DNA of 64,000 bases from an uncultured Mollicutes bacterium (lineage in GTDB: Bacteria > Bacillota_I > Bacilli_A > ML615J-28 > CAG-313): contig URLJ01000005.1 of NCBI GenBank assembly GCA_900548675.1, positions 4,412-68,411 of the forward strand. The letters run 5' to 3'. The translations under genes and the position numbers were made by a program. Positions within the stretch are counted from its first letter, which is position 1, and the number at the start of each line of letters is the position of its first letter. This document shows positions 37,397 through 47,921 of this stretch, in pieces. Under the pieces are notes generated by a model. It was not told the DNA's origin. It was given only the letters and a program-made list of their open reading frames with translations, and did not search any database.

Positions 37397-38854
37397 TTAT
37401 TTTATTACATATTTTTTTCTTTGATTTACATATACTTCAATATAACCATCAGTCGAAATTTTTATGGCCATTGCATTTGAAGATAATTTTTTGGCTGCAG
37501 CTCCTCGTCCTCCTCCTGTAGAACCACTATCATTTTGAATTATAGCTCCAAAAGAACATACAATACCTTCTTTATTAACAATGCATGCACCATCTAAACT
37601 CACTAACTCACTTCTCAATTTCCTGTTAATTTTAGTGAATTCATAATTTTCATTTAACATCTTTTTTATTATTGCTCGCTTCAATAGTTTTTTATTTATA
37701 TCTGAAACTAATTCATCTTGACTTAATTTTCTTTCATCAGCCATTTTTTCATTTTTTTCAATTAAATAATTTTCTAACGATTTGAGTTCTTCAGTTGATG
37801 ATATATAGTCACATATGTCTAAAATTCCGCCATTAGTGGTAGATAGTATTTTATTTTCATCAGGAATAATCGCAATTATTCCACCAGTATGACTAAAGGA
37901 AACGTCCAATGCAGTAGAATAAACCTCGTTCACCAAATTTTGATCTACATTATTTGATGCAATAAACTCTTTTATTGAATTATTAAAGGCTTTTATATTA
38001 AAATTCAACCAGTGTGAATTTCTTTTTACAAACAAAATCTGTTTATCTTTGGCCAAAATGATATCTCCATTATTTAGTAAAAAAATGCCTATTTTATCTG
38101 GGCTATCAACTGTTTTCGATATTATATTAGAAAAACGGAAAGGTAAATTATTAATTAATTTATATCCTTCTACATAATTAGTACATTTTTCATCTATAAT
38201 TGTTCTATAATTTAGTAATTTACAATTGACACTTAATTCAAAAACAGATGTAATTGGATCAGTAATAACTGCGCTAAATTCATCATTTAAAAAAGTTAAA
38301 AAACTACCATATTGAGAAAAGTCATTATCATTTTCTTCATTTTTTAAATCAATAACTATTCCATATGAAACGTTTTTACCTTCATAAGTTTTTGATGACC
38401 ATGATTCCAATATCGCAAATAAATTTTCTATTTTTTCTAATTTTCTTTCATCACCAACCACCCAATTACATATTCCTGACTGAATTGCATATTCGTAATT
38501 TAATTTTTCATTTAAATTAGAAATATATTCATGTTGTTTTTTTCCACTCTTATTATATATTGATATCTTAAAATATTTATTGAGAATACATTTAAGCAAT
38601 CTAATATCATCATCCGATAGTATATTGCTCAGTTGCACTTTAAAAAACATTTTCTTTTTAACACCAAATACAAGTTCTTTCTCAGAATTATCAAACGATA
38701 AAATTTCGAATTTTTCATCTTCTAAAAACCAATCTATAAACATTTCTTCCATCTTTGTATCAACTGTTTCTCCAATTAATTTCAAAACATATTTATATAC
38801 GAATTTTTTATATAAAATAATAAAATTTTTTTCTTCTTTTACTCTCTTCTCCAT
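37397..38854 (-). CDS. Hypothetical protein with C-terminal DisA_N/DAC (diadenylate cyclase)-like domain carrying a degenerate RHR motif
   Basis: C-terminus DGACIVNKEGIVCSFGAIIQ...GGGRGAAAKKLS...AIKISTDGYIEVY parallels DAC DGA...GTRHRAA...VSEETGxISV. The first ~400 aa are unassigned. Confidence 0.45.
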   Translation of the reverse strand: MEKRVKEEKNFIILYKKFVYKYVLKLIGETVDTKMEEMFIDWFLEDEKFEILSFDNSEKELVFGVKKKMFFKVQLSNILSDDDIRLLKCILNKYFKISIYNKSGKKQHEYISNLNEKLNYEYAIQSGICNWVVGDERKLEKIENLFAILESWSSKTYEGKNVSYGIVIDLKNEENDNDFSQYGSFLTFLNDEFSAVITDPITSVFELSVNCKLLNYRTIIDEKCTNYVEGYKLINNLPFRFSNIISKTVDSPDKIGIFLLNNGDIILAKDKQILFVKRNSHWLNFNIKAFNNSIKEFIASNNVDQNLVNEVYSTALDVSFSHTGGIIAIIPDENKILSTTNGGILDICDYISSTEELKSLENYLIEKNEKMADERKLSQDELVSDINKKLLKRAIIKKMLNENYEFTKINRKLRSELVSLDGACIVNKEGIVCSFGAIIQNDSGSTGGGRGAAAKKLSSNAMAIKISTDGYIEVYVNQRKKYVIK

Positions 38855-39204
38855 ATTTACTCCTTAAAACATTTATATATCCATTTAATACATCTTATAA
38901 TAGCAACTTCATTAATAATTTTTCCTTATCTTTTTCTCTTCATAATAATTATAGTTAACTATTATTTCTACATATTCTAAATAATTATTACTATGAAATC
39001 TCAAATTTTTATTTAATTTATCTTCTGGAGAATACTTGAATCAAAAAAGTATTTTTTTTAAGATCATTTTTATCAAAGTATATAATCCATATAACAAGAA
39101 TTATTCCTACTATAGCTAAACCAATAGCTAATCCATATACCTCTTCATGCGTATGTCACTATGATCAACATACATAATTGGATTAAACAATAGAAATTTA
39201 TTTT

Positions 39205-39345
39205 TTTATATATCACACTTATATTATACCGTATAATATTCTATAAACAAATATAATTTTTATTTATTTTATAAAAAAAGGTAAGTCTACTCATAAAGTA
39301 AACTTACCTAGTTTTGCTTGTGAAAGTAAGTTGCTATTCACTTGT
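39205..39345. repeat. ~125-bp direct repeat, copy 1, containing a minus-strand terminator hairpin
   Basis: Near-identical to 40475-40612. Contains AGGTAAGT...ACTTACCT hairpin plus a T-run on the minus strand, immediately 3' of the immunity gene. Confidence 0.75.
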
Positions 39346-39372
39346 TATTTTTTATTAATTGTAAGTTTTCAG

Positions 39373-39654
39373 TTACATTATTTCTCCACTAGCTACTTCT
39401 TTAGCACCTTCAAATAATTTAAATTTAACGCCTGATTTTAATAAATGATGCGGTGCATTTTCCATCAAAAATCCGATTTCAGAAATAGTTTCATAATCTG
39501 AAATGAATTGCTTATTAGTCAAACACAAACTCCAATTTATCATTTTATTATCATCATTTATTTTTATCATAGGATAAAATGGAAATTCTATGGTAGGTAT
39601 TTTTTTCTTACCACCATCTTCAGGTTTAAACCAAACAATCAATGCCTTCGCCAT
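39373..39654 (-). CDS. Putative immunity protein for the orphan RHS toxin tip
   Basis: 93-aa ORF immediately downstream of the orphan C-terminal toxin module. Standard polymorphic-toxin cassette position. Confidence 0.5.
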   Translation of the reverse strand: MAKALIVWFKPEDGGKKKIPTIEFPFYPMIKINDDNKMINWSLCLTNKQFISDYETISEIGFLMENAPHHLLKSGVKFKLFEGAKEVASGEIM

Positions 39655-39673
39655 TACTATACCTCCTTGCCTT

Positions 39674-40460
39674 CTAGAATACAGTACAAATTCTGGAAAT
39701 CAATTGATTAACAGCATCAATATCCATAAAATATGCTCTACCAATATCATCTAAAGATGACCAATAATATGCCGTGCCTCGACTTAGAGCGTTTTTAAAT
39801 CCTGAACGAGAAATTCTAGAACCTATAATTCTATACGTATCATCTGCCATACCCATTTTAGAGACAAATGCTCTCGCACTAGATTTAGATGACCAAAAAT
39901 ATTTTCCTTCAGAAAATCCATTTGACGCAAATTTACCTGTACGTGCAATATCATCATATTCATTCAATCCAACAACACGAAATCCACGTGTGTATTCTAT
40001 AGCACCTATTCCTGCGCTTACAAGAGAAAATATTCCTCCCCACATCGCGCCATCAGCAGCGCCATCTGCAAATCCAGACCAGAATCCTTCTCCATTATAA
40101 GCATTTATACTGCCTACAATTAAGGCACTGGATGCAATGCTAACTCCCATACCAATAAATACCGGAGCAAGAGAACCCCCAGATATAATAGTCAATGCTA
40201 CTGCTCCCGCAAAGGCAACTCCTCCAATAACCCATTTAGACCAGTTAGGTAATGAGAAATGTCCTGTTGGGTCGTAGTCATTAATTGGATCATTCCCGCA
40301 ATACGCATATAAGTTCAACCCATTAATAGAACTTGGATCTAGATAATCTACATCATCAGGTTGGATGAATCTGCAAATCTCTGGATTATAATATCTACTA
40401 TTTAAATAGTAGAAGTTTGTTTCTTCATCTTTATAGTATCCCTTGTATACAAATGTACTA
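39674..40460 (-). CDS. Orphan RHS C-terminal toxin cassette (no own start; retains RHS core homology)
   Basis: Frame reads YKGYYKDEETNFYYLNSRYYNPEICRFIQPDDVDYLDPSSINGLNLYAYCGNDPINDYDPTGH, then a distinct ~190-aa C-terminal domain. The upstream 90 bp is near-identical to 41757-41845 within the full-length RHS gene. The ORF-track start at 40318 falls at the M of MNLYAYCGND. Confidence 0.65.
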
Positions 40461-40474
40461 TGACTTCTATGTAT

Positions 40475-40612
40475 TACACTTATATTATACCATATAATAT
40501 TCTATAAACAAATATAATTTTTATTTCATTTTATAAAAAAAGGTAAGTCTACTCATAGAGTAAACCTACCTTGTTTTGCTTGTGAAAGTAATTTGCTATT
40601 TGTTTATATTTT
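40475..40612. repeat. ~125-bp direct repeat, copy 2
   Basis: Near-identical to 39205-39345 with the same terminator hairpin. Follows the 152-aa immunity gene. Confidence 0.75.
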
Positions 40613-41062
40613 ATCAACTACTTCTGCAATTTTGCAGTTTTTCAAATAATTAAATTTATATGTTTCGCCCACCATAATTTTATCATTAATAATTAATTCA
40701 ACTTCTTCGCTTGTATCTAATATCAATACAATTGGTTTATCATTAATTTGAACTCCTGATTCGGGTTCTCTATTTCTTTTAAATTTCAATACTTTTCCTA
40801 TGATAGAAACATAATCCTTATTTTTTAATGATTTGAAATCTTTTAATAGAATCACAATTACTTTTGTTGAAAAGAAAATTAAGACAATAAATAATCCAAT
40901 AACAAAAATTAGAAAGATTATACCTAATGTTTTTCCAACACTTTCGATAAAGCTGTTGTAATTAATGGCCATAATTACACTAGCAACAATACCACATATT
41001 AACACGAAAATATGGCATATCATTGTAAACCAATATAATTGACGAATAGATGTTTTTTTCAT
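40604..41062 (-). CDS. Membrane immunity protein cognate to the full-length RHS toxin
   Basis: 152 aa with 2-3 TM helices. 21 nt downstream of the RHS toxin stop. Confidence 0.5.
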   Translation of the reverse strand: MKKTSIRQLYWFTMICHIFVLICGIVASVIMAINYNSFIESVGKTLGIIFLIFVIGLFIVLIFFSTKVIVILLKDFKSLKNKDYVSIIGKVLKFKRNREPESGVQINDKPIVLILDTSEEVELIINDKIMVGETYKFNYLKNCKIAEVVDKI

Positions 41063-41083
41063 TGAATCACCCTCTTAAATAAA

Positions 41084-44000
41084 TTATGCAAAATAGCCTT
41101 GCTTATAAAGATCCCACATACTTCTAAATCCACCTCTATAGAATGCTTTCCAAGGAGATGGAGCAAAGGTAGTTATCCCTCTTGTAACAACATCATAAGC
41201 ATATTTTTCAACATTAAAGGTTTCAGTTCTGTTTGTACCAATCTTAATAACTTGATTAATTGCTGGTCTTAAAGCAACGTCATAAGCAGTTTTAACGATA
41301 CCTTTCATACCTAGTCCTTTAATCAAACCACCAGATATAAATGCTACAGCATAATCTTCCCACGTTCCAAATGAAGTACCTGTTAATGCATATGCAAATA
41401 AATCCGAAATAAATTTGTTAGTAACAGAAGACATTGCACTTGTTAATACTGCTCCTCCAGCGCCAATGATTCCACCAACGCCAGCACCAAGAACAGCACC
41501 AGTTACTGTTCCTCCTACATATTCATACCATTTGACACTTCCATTAAAGATTTGTCCATCATCTTGATAATCGGTATAAGCAACAGTTCCAAAACCAATT
41601 CCTGCTCCAACAATTGCACCAATAATTAATCCAATTAAAATAGCGCTATGTCCACTTGGATCGGCATAGTTGATTGGATTATTATAACAATAACAATATA
41701 AATTCAATCCATTAATAGTACCTGGATCTAGATACTCTACATCATCAGGTTGGATGAATCTACAAATTTCTGGATTATAATATCTACTATTTAAATAGTA
41801 GAAGTTTGTTTCTTCATCTTTATAGTATCCCTTGTATACAAATGGGTTGTGTTTCGATACTATCTTTTGTTCTATTATGTTAGTAGTTGCGTTTCCCCAC
41901 GCATCATACTCATATTTTACCACATAGTTTCCTTGTTTGTCAATTATTCCTATTATATTTCCTGTTATATCTCTTTTATAGAAGTAATTCCCCTCACTCG
42001 TTGTTACTCCTATCAACATGTTATCTATATCATATGTGAAATCTAATGTAATTGTTTCGTTAGTTATTTCTTTCTTCATCGATATGATGTTTGTTCCTTC
42101 TAACTTATATGTTGTTTCTTCATGTGGGGTTATTTTTTTCCATCTTATTCCCTGACTGTTATATTTGTATTCTATCTCATCTGTATTAATGTTTGTTAGT
42201 CTATTTCCTTGCCACGTTAAGCTTTTACTAATTCCTTTTATTTTCATTCTTACTGGATAGAATTCATTATTTGTTTGATATTCATATGTATCTACTATCT
42301 GATTTGCTGTTAAGTTCTTTAGCTGTTTTAGTTTGTTTTTTATAACGTTATCATATATATATTCTTCTTTGGTTATTAGTCCATTGTTTTGATATAGTTC
42401 TTTATATTTTATGTTACCATTAGGATAATATGTATATTTCTTAGTCGTCGTATCATCTAGGCTTTCTTCTATCAATCTATTAAGTTTATCATATGTGTAA
42501 GTATTTGTTTTTTCTCCACTACTAGTTCTAAAAGTTTTACTCGTTATATTTCCTAATGCATCATATGTATATGATATTGTTTCAGGGTTTGTTTCTGATA
42601 CAGTTTTATAGTATTCTTCACTCGTTATTCTGGTTTTAATATAATTATATTTAGTTTTACTTTCATTATCATCTATGATTATTTTTTTATTTCTTATACG
42701 GCCGATTGTATCCATATCGTTTCTTACTACTATCGTTTTTCCTTTTTCAAATATCGCGGATATTTCTTTGTTTTCTGCTAGTTTGGTTTTATATGCTAAC
42801 ATTTCTATGCAGCCGTTTAATGCTTCTATTCCTGTTGAGGTTTTTCCCAAATATATTGTACTATTTTCTAACGATATTTTTCTTGTTATATCACATACAA
42901 CGTTGTTGATGTTATCTAAATATACTTGTAGTTCATTTGTTTCATATCGTATGAATAGATGATGCCAATTTTCATCATTTATTACTATGTTGCTGGTGCT
43001 GGTATATCCTCCACTAACATTTCCTACTAGTTGGTTGCCGCCACTACCTCCTATTACTACATTATCCTCTTCATCTAAATAGTTTTTATCTTCTTGTACT
43101 TTTAAGGTGTTACCTACAAATTTTATCTTTAAAATTCTATTTTCTTCTGATATCATTTCTAGTAATGTTCTATTTCCTGTGTATCCTTGATCTATCCTAA
43201 ATCTTACCGCTACTGCTCCACTTTTTGTTGTTGGCAGTTTATATGCTAAGGCACTTGCTTTGTTCCCTGCTAAACTTAATGTTTTACTGTAACTTCCAAA
43301 TACATGTTTCTTCGATGCTTCATCATACATAAAGAGTCTCGCTTTGTCTAAAGCGTAGGATTTATCAACCGGCGCTGTCTTACATGGCATTATTCCTTCA
43401 GCTGATTTTAATGTGCCATTTAATGTTATTACATCATACCCCGCATACGTCTTGGCATCATAATATATTGTGGCATTTGATTTTTCTGGTACTTCTTTTG
43501 ATAAATATCTCATTCCTTCTTCATATATTCCTTTGAAATCATCCGCTTGATAATTGTATGTTCCAAAAGACATAAAACAAATTCTTAATGGCATTTCTAA
43601 ATCTGTATTTGGTGCGGATGAAGGTACTGATGAAGTAAGCGATGTGGTTGTCGATTCTTGATGCGCTACCAATAAGTAGTCCATTAAATCGACACTTTCA
43701 TCGATATTTACTTCTTCACTCATCTCACCATTTAATATGATACACGCTTTATATGTTACTATCTCTCGCGTCTTTCCTTCTATTGTTACTTCTGTAACAA
43801 TTTTTTTCATCTTTATTCCTACTAGATTCCATTCATTTAATTTTACCGTTCCCCTACTCGTTACTTTTACTGTCCCTTCTTCTGTTTCATAAATCACTTT
43901 ACCCGCATTTGTTATCCATATACTAGATAGTGTTTCTACGCCATTTTCTTTCTTTTGGGCGAACGATAAAAGTTTCTCTTTGTGATATTGTACGGTTGGC

Positions 44001-47000
44001 TTTACAAACATATAGAATGTTTTGTTGTTCTTAAATTCTTTTTTCCAACTCTCTTTTCCTTTATTCTTGTTAAATGTATTTACTTCGTATGATATAAAAT
44101 CATAATTATCCATCATGCTGAAGACTTCCATCCCTGTAGTAGCGTCATGTTGTCTTGAACAAGTGTCAAGATCAGGTGTCGCCCCAAAGAATCCTTGCGC
44201 ACCATTGCTACTTACCACTATTTCATCACCATATAGTTTGGCTATGCGGCTGAAATAGCCTTCACGCGAATATTCATTTAATTCATAATCATAGGCGTAA
44301 TCTACCGCACTTACTGCTTCATCATTTTTGTATATCGCCTTTTCAATATTCCCCATTCCATCATATGAGTATTGTATCTCATCACCTTCACTCGTAACCA
44401 TCTTGATGAGTTTTCCTTCCATGTCATAGGTGTAGTACGTTGTTATATTCGTTCTTTTATCTTTTAATTCATATATATTCCCATTTTCATCATACCCATA
44501 TTCCGCTAGTATCTGGTTGTTTAGTTTCGCTTTTATTACTTGTCCTATTTCATTATATTCAAATTCATAGCTTCCCCCGTTTTCTCCTACTATTCTTTTT
44601 AACATTAACCCTTTTCTATAACCATCTACTAAACTATCATATTGGTATTGTTCTAAATGTTTATTACCATTTTTTACTCCTGTTACTCTACCAAAGGTAT
44701 CGTATGCCATGTTATATATATCATCGCTATTTGCTTGCAGGGTGGTTATATATCCGGCTTGGTTATATGCAAGCGTGTTGCTGCTTTCTTCACTGTTTAC
44801 GGTGGCTCCTACTTTGATTAATTCTGATTTTTTGTTATATGTATAATTTGTTTCTAAATCATTTGAATTTATTATCGCGGCTAATCGGTTCAAATTATCT
44901 TTTTTTATTACCATTTGATTCCCAAATCCATCGGTAATAGTTTCTTCTTTAGATTCCGCATCGTAACACTTACGGTTTAATATTTGCTCGTTTGCTTTAG
45001 TCGTTATTTTCGATGTCGTTACTCTATCATCACTATCATATCCAAATTCTATCATGTTGCCGTTTAAATCTTTAATTTTAATTAGATTCCCTCTCGTGTT
45101 ATATGTGTACTTATAATACGTTCCGTCCATCAAATATATCTCTTTTATTTTGTTATCACTATCATAAAAAATTGTCGTCGCTGTGCCATCTTCTCTTTTT
45201 ATGCTCGTTATGTTCCCTCTTTTATCATAACTGTAATATTCGCTGAAGGTATCTTTATATAATTGTATACTATCAACTAATACTTGAACATCTCCTTCGT
45301 AATATATCCCTACCTTTATTTTCGTATAGTTGTCTTCGGCTGTTATTGATCTTGTTAATACTTGCCAGTTTTCTTGATATTTTTCAAAACTAAATTCGTA
45401 GGTCTTAGTTCCTTTATTTTCATATACAAAACTAACAAACGCTCCCAGTAACATATTGCTGGTAAAACAACTCTGCACAAAACAACTGAATATAAATTGG
45501 TCTTTCGCTGTGCCTTCAATCGGGATTTCTTGTGAAATCGTTCGATAACCACTATGCGGTACATCTGCTGATGATCCTAAACCTGTCCGCGGCGCTATTT
45601 TTAAAACATTTCTGCCAAGCATACTTGGATGACCACTTTCTTCATCAACCTGTACTCTCGTTACTTCGGCATTATCAAATCCACTATCTGTAACCCAGTG
45701 TGTTGGTAAACTGTCAAACTGCGTTTGTTCCATATATCCATTCTTCACTAGATTGCTTCTCGTAATGTATGCTGAATCTGTTAGTTGTAAGTCATCAATG
45801 TAAAATACTGTACTTATTTGATTAGCCGTTATCGTTACTTTTACCCATTCGGCTACTTCAGTATATGCTACTTCGATATCGTTGATTTCAAATTTATACC
45901 ACCCTTCATTGTTTCTATTTAAGGTTGCGGTCTTTTCTTCTGCTACATAACTCGTTTTTCTTTTTATCGATACTTTTATCTTTATCTTCTCTATTTCTTC
46001 TAGCGTTAATTGTGGGTGCTTGATAAAACCTGTTAAAGTATACGTTCCTTTTCTTAAGTTATGGATCGTTTGTGATAGATTTACTTCCTCTGTTCTATCT
46101 GAGGTTATCTTTAAACATTTCTTTCCTATTATTCCCCCTGTTACTATCTCTATCTTTGATTTATTATAGTTTGCTTCTTTTTGCCAAACAGATGTTGTAG
46201 TTATTTCTTCCTCATTTTCAAAACTATGATTCTCTAGTAAATTCCGGGCGTTATTTTGAACTTTGGATACACCGATTAGTTTTCCTCCCCCTCTTTCTCC
46301 TACTTCATCATAATTGTACGCTATAGATCTTCCCTCATCATCCATTATCATTATTACTTTTCCATAATTATCAAAATAATAGTATAGTGTCTTCCCCATT
46401 CGGTCAGTAACTTCAGTATTTTTGGTATTATATTTATAATTTACACGATATTTGTTTTCCGTATCATCTATATTATATAAACCAACCGTCACAACTTTAT
46501 CGCCATTTCTACTTATATTTAAATGTTGACCCGTTAAGGTATCTTCTATTTTTATTAGCTCGTTATTATTATTATTAAAATATAATTTCACTTCACTTAA
46601 CTTTTCTATAGGTGTATCTGTATTTGATCCTGTTGCTGGCGACTGATTATATATCGTTATTATGATAACGTTGTCGCCTTCTTCCGTCCTAAATGTTACA
46701 CACTTTTCTGAACAAGGTAATGTTACCTTTTCGAGATATCCTTCACCCGTATAGTTAAACAACATCTCTTCTTTTTTCGTATTATCTATTTTTTCTAATT
46801 TCGCACCATCCCAGGAATATATCAATGTATCTTTCTTTGAACTTTCTATTAATTCTATTCGCGCGTTATTGTTATCAAAGTTTAGCTGCATATGCGTATC
46901 ATATTTATCGTATACATGCATCGTGCTATTCGTTCCATTATTAATTACATATAAATATGAGTAATCAAAATACGATATATATACGTCCTCCCTTACATTA

Positions 47001-47896
47001 TAATGCTTGATACCTAGATCTTGTAAAACGTATTTCTTAGTACTCTCTTCACATTCAATCTTTTTATAATAATTCCTAAACCCACTCGCATCTTCTAATA
47101 TATAATAGTCGTCGGCACCCTCTACCTTATAGTGAAAATTAGGTACTAGCTTTTTCTTTAAATGCACGATATTATCGGTTTTTTCAGAGTTTTGATAAAC
47201 TGAAAAAGTTATCGGCATTTTTCTATCAAAACTATTTAATAGATTTATCGCGTATACCGCTTTCCCTGTCGCTAAATTGACTCTTAATTTACCATTTCTT
47301 CCTATTTCATATTCATCGTATTTATATACCCCATTTAAACCTGATATATCTGTTAATGTTGCGACACACACTTCCCCACTTTCTTTTAAATAGTTTGGTG
47401 AATATACTTTAAAATCATCACAACTTATTCTTAACCTAAAAATTATCCCTATCATAATTGTTGGATTTTCTTCATTTTCCCTTTTTAAGGCATTCGTTAT
47501 ATCAAGCTTTCTACATTCTCTTCCTGGCGTAACGGTTAGTGATGATCCCTTTTTTTCTAACACTATTCTATCAAGAACCTCTTTTTCTTCTGTCGTCTCT
47601 TTCGCTAACCTTATTACTGAACTATCACTTATATCCGTACTATTGTACTTTACTACTTTTACTCCTATGTTAAAATAAGCATTGCGGTAATATAGGTTCA
47701 TGTATAGTTGATTCACTATTTGATTCTTCTCTAACCCGTTTAATCTTATTTTCACAAACAGTATATCACCGTCTTTTATCCTATCAAAATACTCGCTATT
47801 TAGTATGGTAACTGCTACTTTTTTTCTCTCCCTTACTAATTTTGATTCTATTTCTATATTTGGCTTATTTGTCTTATTACTAAATATTCTTATCAT
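41084..47896 (-). CDS. RHS/YD-repeat polymorphic toxin (2270 aa) with glycine-zipper/unknown C-terminal toxin domain
   Basis: Multiple YD repeats (YTYDALGNITSKT, YTYDKLNRLIEESL, YEYDAWGNATTNI). RHS core end-motif ...YCYCYNNPINYADPSGH, then a variable C-terminal domain. No obvious N-terminal signal peptide. Confidence 0.85.
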   Translation of the reverse strand: MIRIFSNKTNKPNIEIESKLVRERKKVAVTILNSEYFDRIKDGDILFVKIRLNGLEKNQIVNQLYMNLYYRNAYFNIGVKVVKYNSTDISDSSVIRLAKETTEEKEVLDRIVLEKKGSSLTVTPGRECRKLDITNALKRENEENPTIMIGIIFRLRISCDDFKVYSPNYLKESGEVCVATLTDISGLNGVYKYDEYEIGRNGKLRVNLATGKAVYAINLLNSFDRKMPITFSVYQNSEKTDNIVHLKKKLVPNFHYKVEGADDYYILEDASGFRNYYKKIECEESTKKYVLQDLGIKHYNVREDVYISYFDYSYLYVINNGTNSTMHVYDKYDTHMQLNFDNNNARIELIESSKKDTLIYSWDGAKLEKIDNTKKEEMLFNYTGEGYLEKVTLPCSEKCVTFRTEEGDNVIIITIYNQSPATGSNTDTPIEKLSEVKLYFNNNNNELIKIEDTLTGQHLNISRNGDKVVTVGLYNIDDTENKYRVNYKYNTKNTEVTDRMGKTLYYYFDNYGKVIMIMDDEGRSIAYNYDEVGERGGGKLIGVSKVQNNARNLLENHSFENEEEITTTSVWQKEANYNKSKIEIVTGGIIGKKCLKITSDRTEEVNLSQTIHNLRKGTYTLTGFIKHPQLTLEEIEKIKIKVSIKRKTSYVAEEKTATLNRNNEGWYKFEINDIEVAYTEVAEWVKVTITANQISTVFYIDDLQLTDSAYITRSNLVKNGYMEQTQFDSLPTHWVTDSGFDNAEVTRVQVDEESGHPSMLGRNVLKIAPRTGLGSSADVPHSGYRTISQEIPIEGTAKDQFIFSCFVQSCFTSNMLLGAFVSFVYENKGTKTYEFSFEKYQENWQVLTRSITAEDNYTKIKVGIYYEGDVQVLVDSIQLYKDTFSEYYSYDKRGNITSIKREDGTATTIFYDSDNKIKEIYLMDGTYYKYTYNTRGNLIKIKDLNGNMIEFGYDSDDRVTTSKITTKANEQILNRKCYDAESKEETITDGFGNQMVIKKDNLNRLAAIINSNDLETNYTYNKKSELIKVGATVNSEESSNTLAYNQAGYITTLQANSDDIYNMAYDTFGRVTGVKNGNKHLEQYQYDSLVDGYRKGLMLKRIVGENGGSYEFEYNEIGQVIKAKLNNQILAEYGYDENGNIYELKDKRTNITTYYTYDMEGKLIKMVTSEGDEIQYSYDGMGNIEKAIYKNDEAVSAVDYAYDYELNEYSREGYFSRIAKLYGDEIVVSSNGAQGFFGATPDLDTCSRQHDATTGMEVFSMMDNYDFISYEVNTFNKNKGKESWKKEFKNNKTFYMFVKPTVQYHKEKLLSFAQKKENGVETLSSIWITNAGKVIYETEEGTVKVTSRGTVKLNEWNLVGIKMKKIVTEVTIEGKTREIVTYKACIILNGEMSEEVNIDESVDLMDYLLVAHQESTTTSLTSSVPSSAPNTDLEMPLRICFMSFGTYNYQADDFKGIYEEGMRYLSKEVPEKSNATIYYDAKTYAGYDVITLNGTLKSAEGIMPCKTAPVDKSYALDKARLFMYDEASKKHVFGSYSKTLSLAGNKASALAYKLPTTKSGAVAVRFRIDQGYTGNRTLLEMISEENRILKIKFVGNTLKVQEDKNYLDEEDNVVIGGSGGNQLVGNVSGGYTSTSNIVINDENWHHLFIRYETNELQVYLDNINNVVCDITRKISLENSTIYLGKTSTGIEALNGCIEMLAYKTKLAENKEISAIFEKGKTIVVRNDMDTIGRIRNKKIIIDDNESKTKYNYIKTRITSEEYYKTVSETNPETISYTYDALGNITSKTFRTSSGEKTNTYTYDKLNRLIEESLDDTTTKKYTYYPNGNIKYKELYQNNGLITKEEYIYDNVIKNKLKQLKNLTANQIVDTYEYQTNNEFYPVRMKIKGISKSLTWQGNRLTNINTDEIEYKYNSQGIRWKKITPHEETTYKLEGTNIISMKKEITNETITLDFTYDIDNMLIGVTTSEGNYFYKRDITGNIIGIIDKQGNYVVKYEYDAWGNATTNIIEQKIVSKHNPFVYKGYYKDEETNFYYLNSRYYNPEICRFIQPDDVEYLDPGTINGLNLYCYCYNNPINYADPSGHSAILIGLIIGAIVGAGIGFGTVAYTDYQDDGQIFNGSVKWYEYVGGTVTGAVLGAGVGGIIGAGGAVLTSAMSSVTNKFISDLFAYALTGTSFGTWEDYAVAFISGGLIKGLGMKGIVKTAYDVALRPAINQVIKIGTNRTETFNVEKYAYDVVTRGITTFAPSPWKAFYRGGFRSMWDLYKQGYFA

Positions 47897-47921
47897 TTTT
47901 CTTTTCTTCCTTTCTTTTTCC

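Noticed and set aside
41849-44817. Several 60-125-aa plus-strand ORFs inside the RHS gene
   Set aside because: They are antisense to a well-supported 2270-aa CDS, hydrophobic and low-complexity, so they are frame artefacts.
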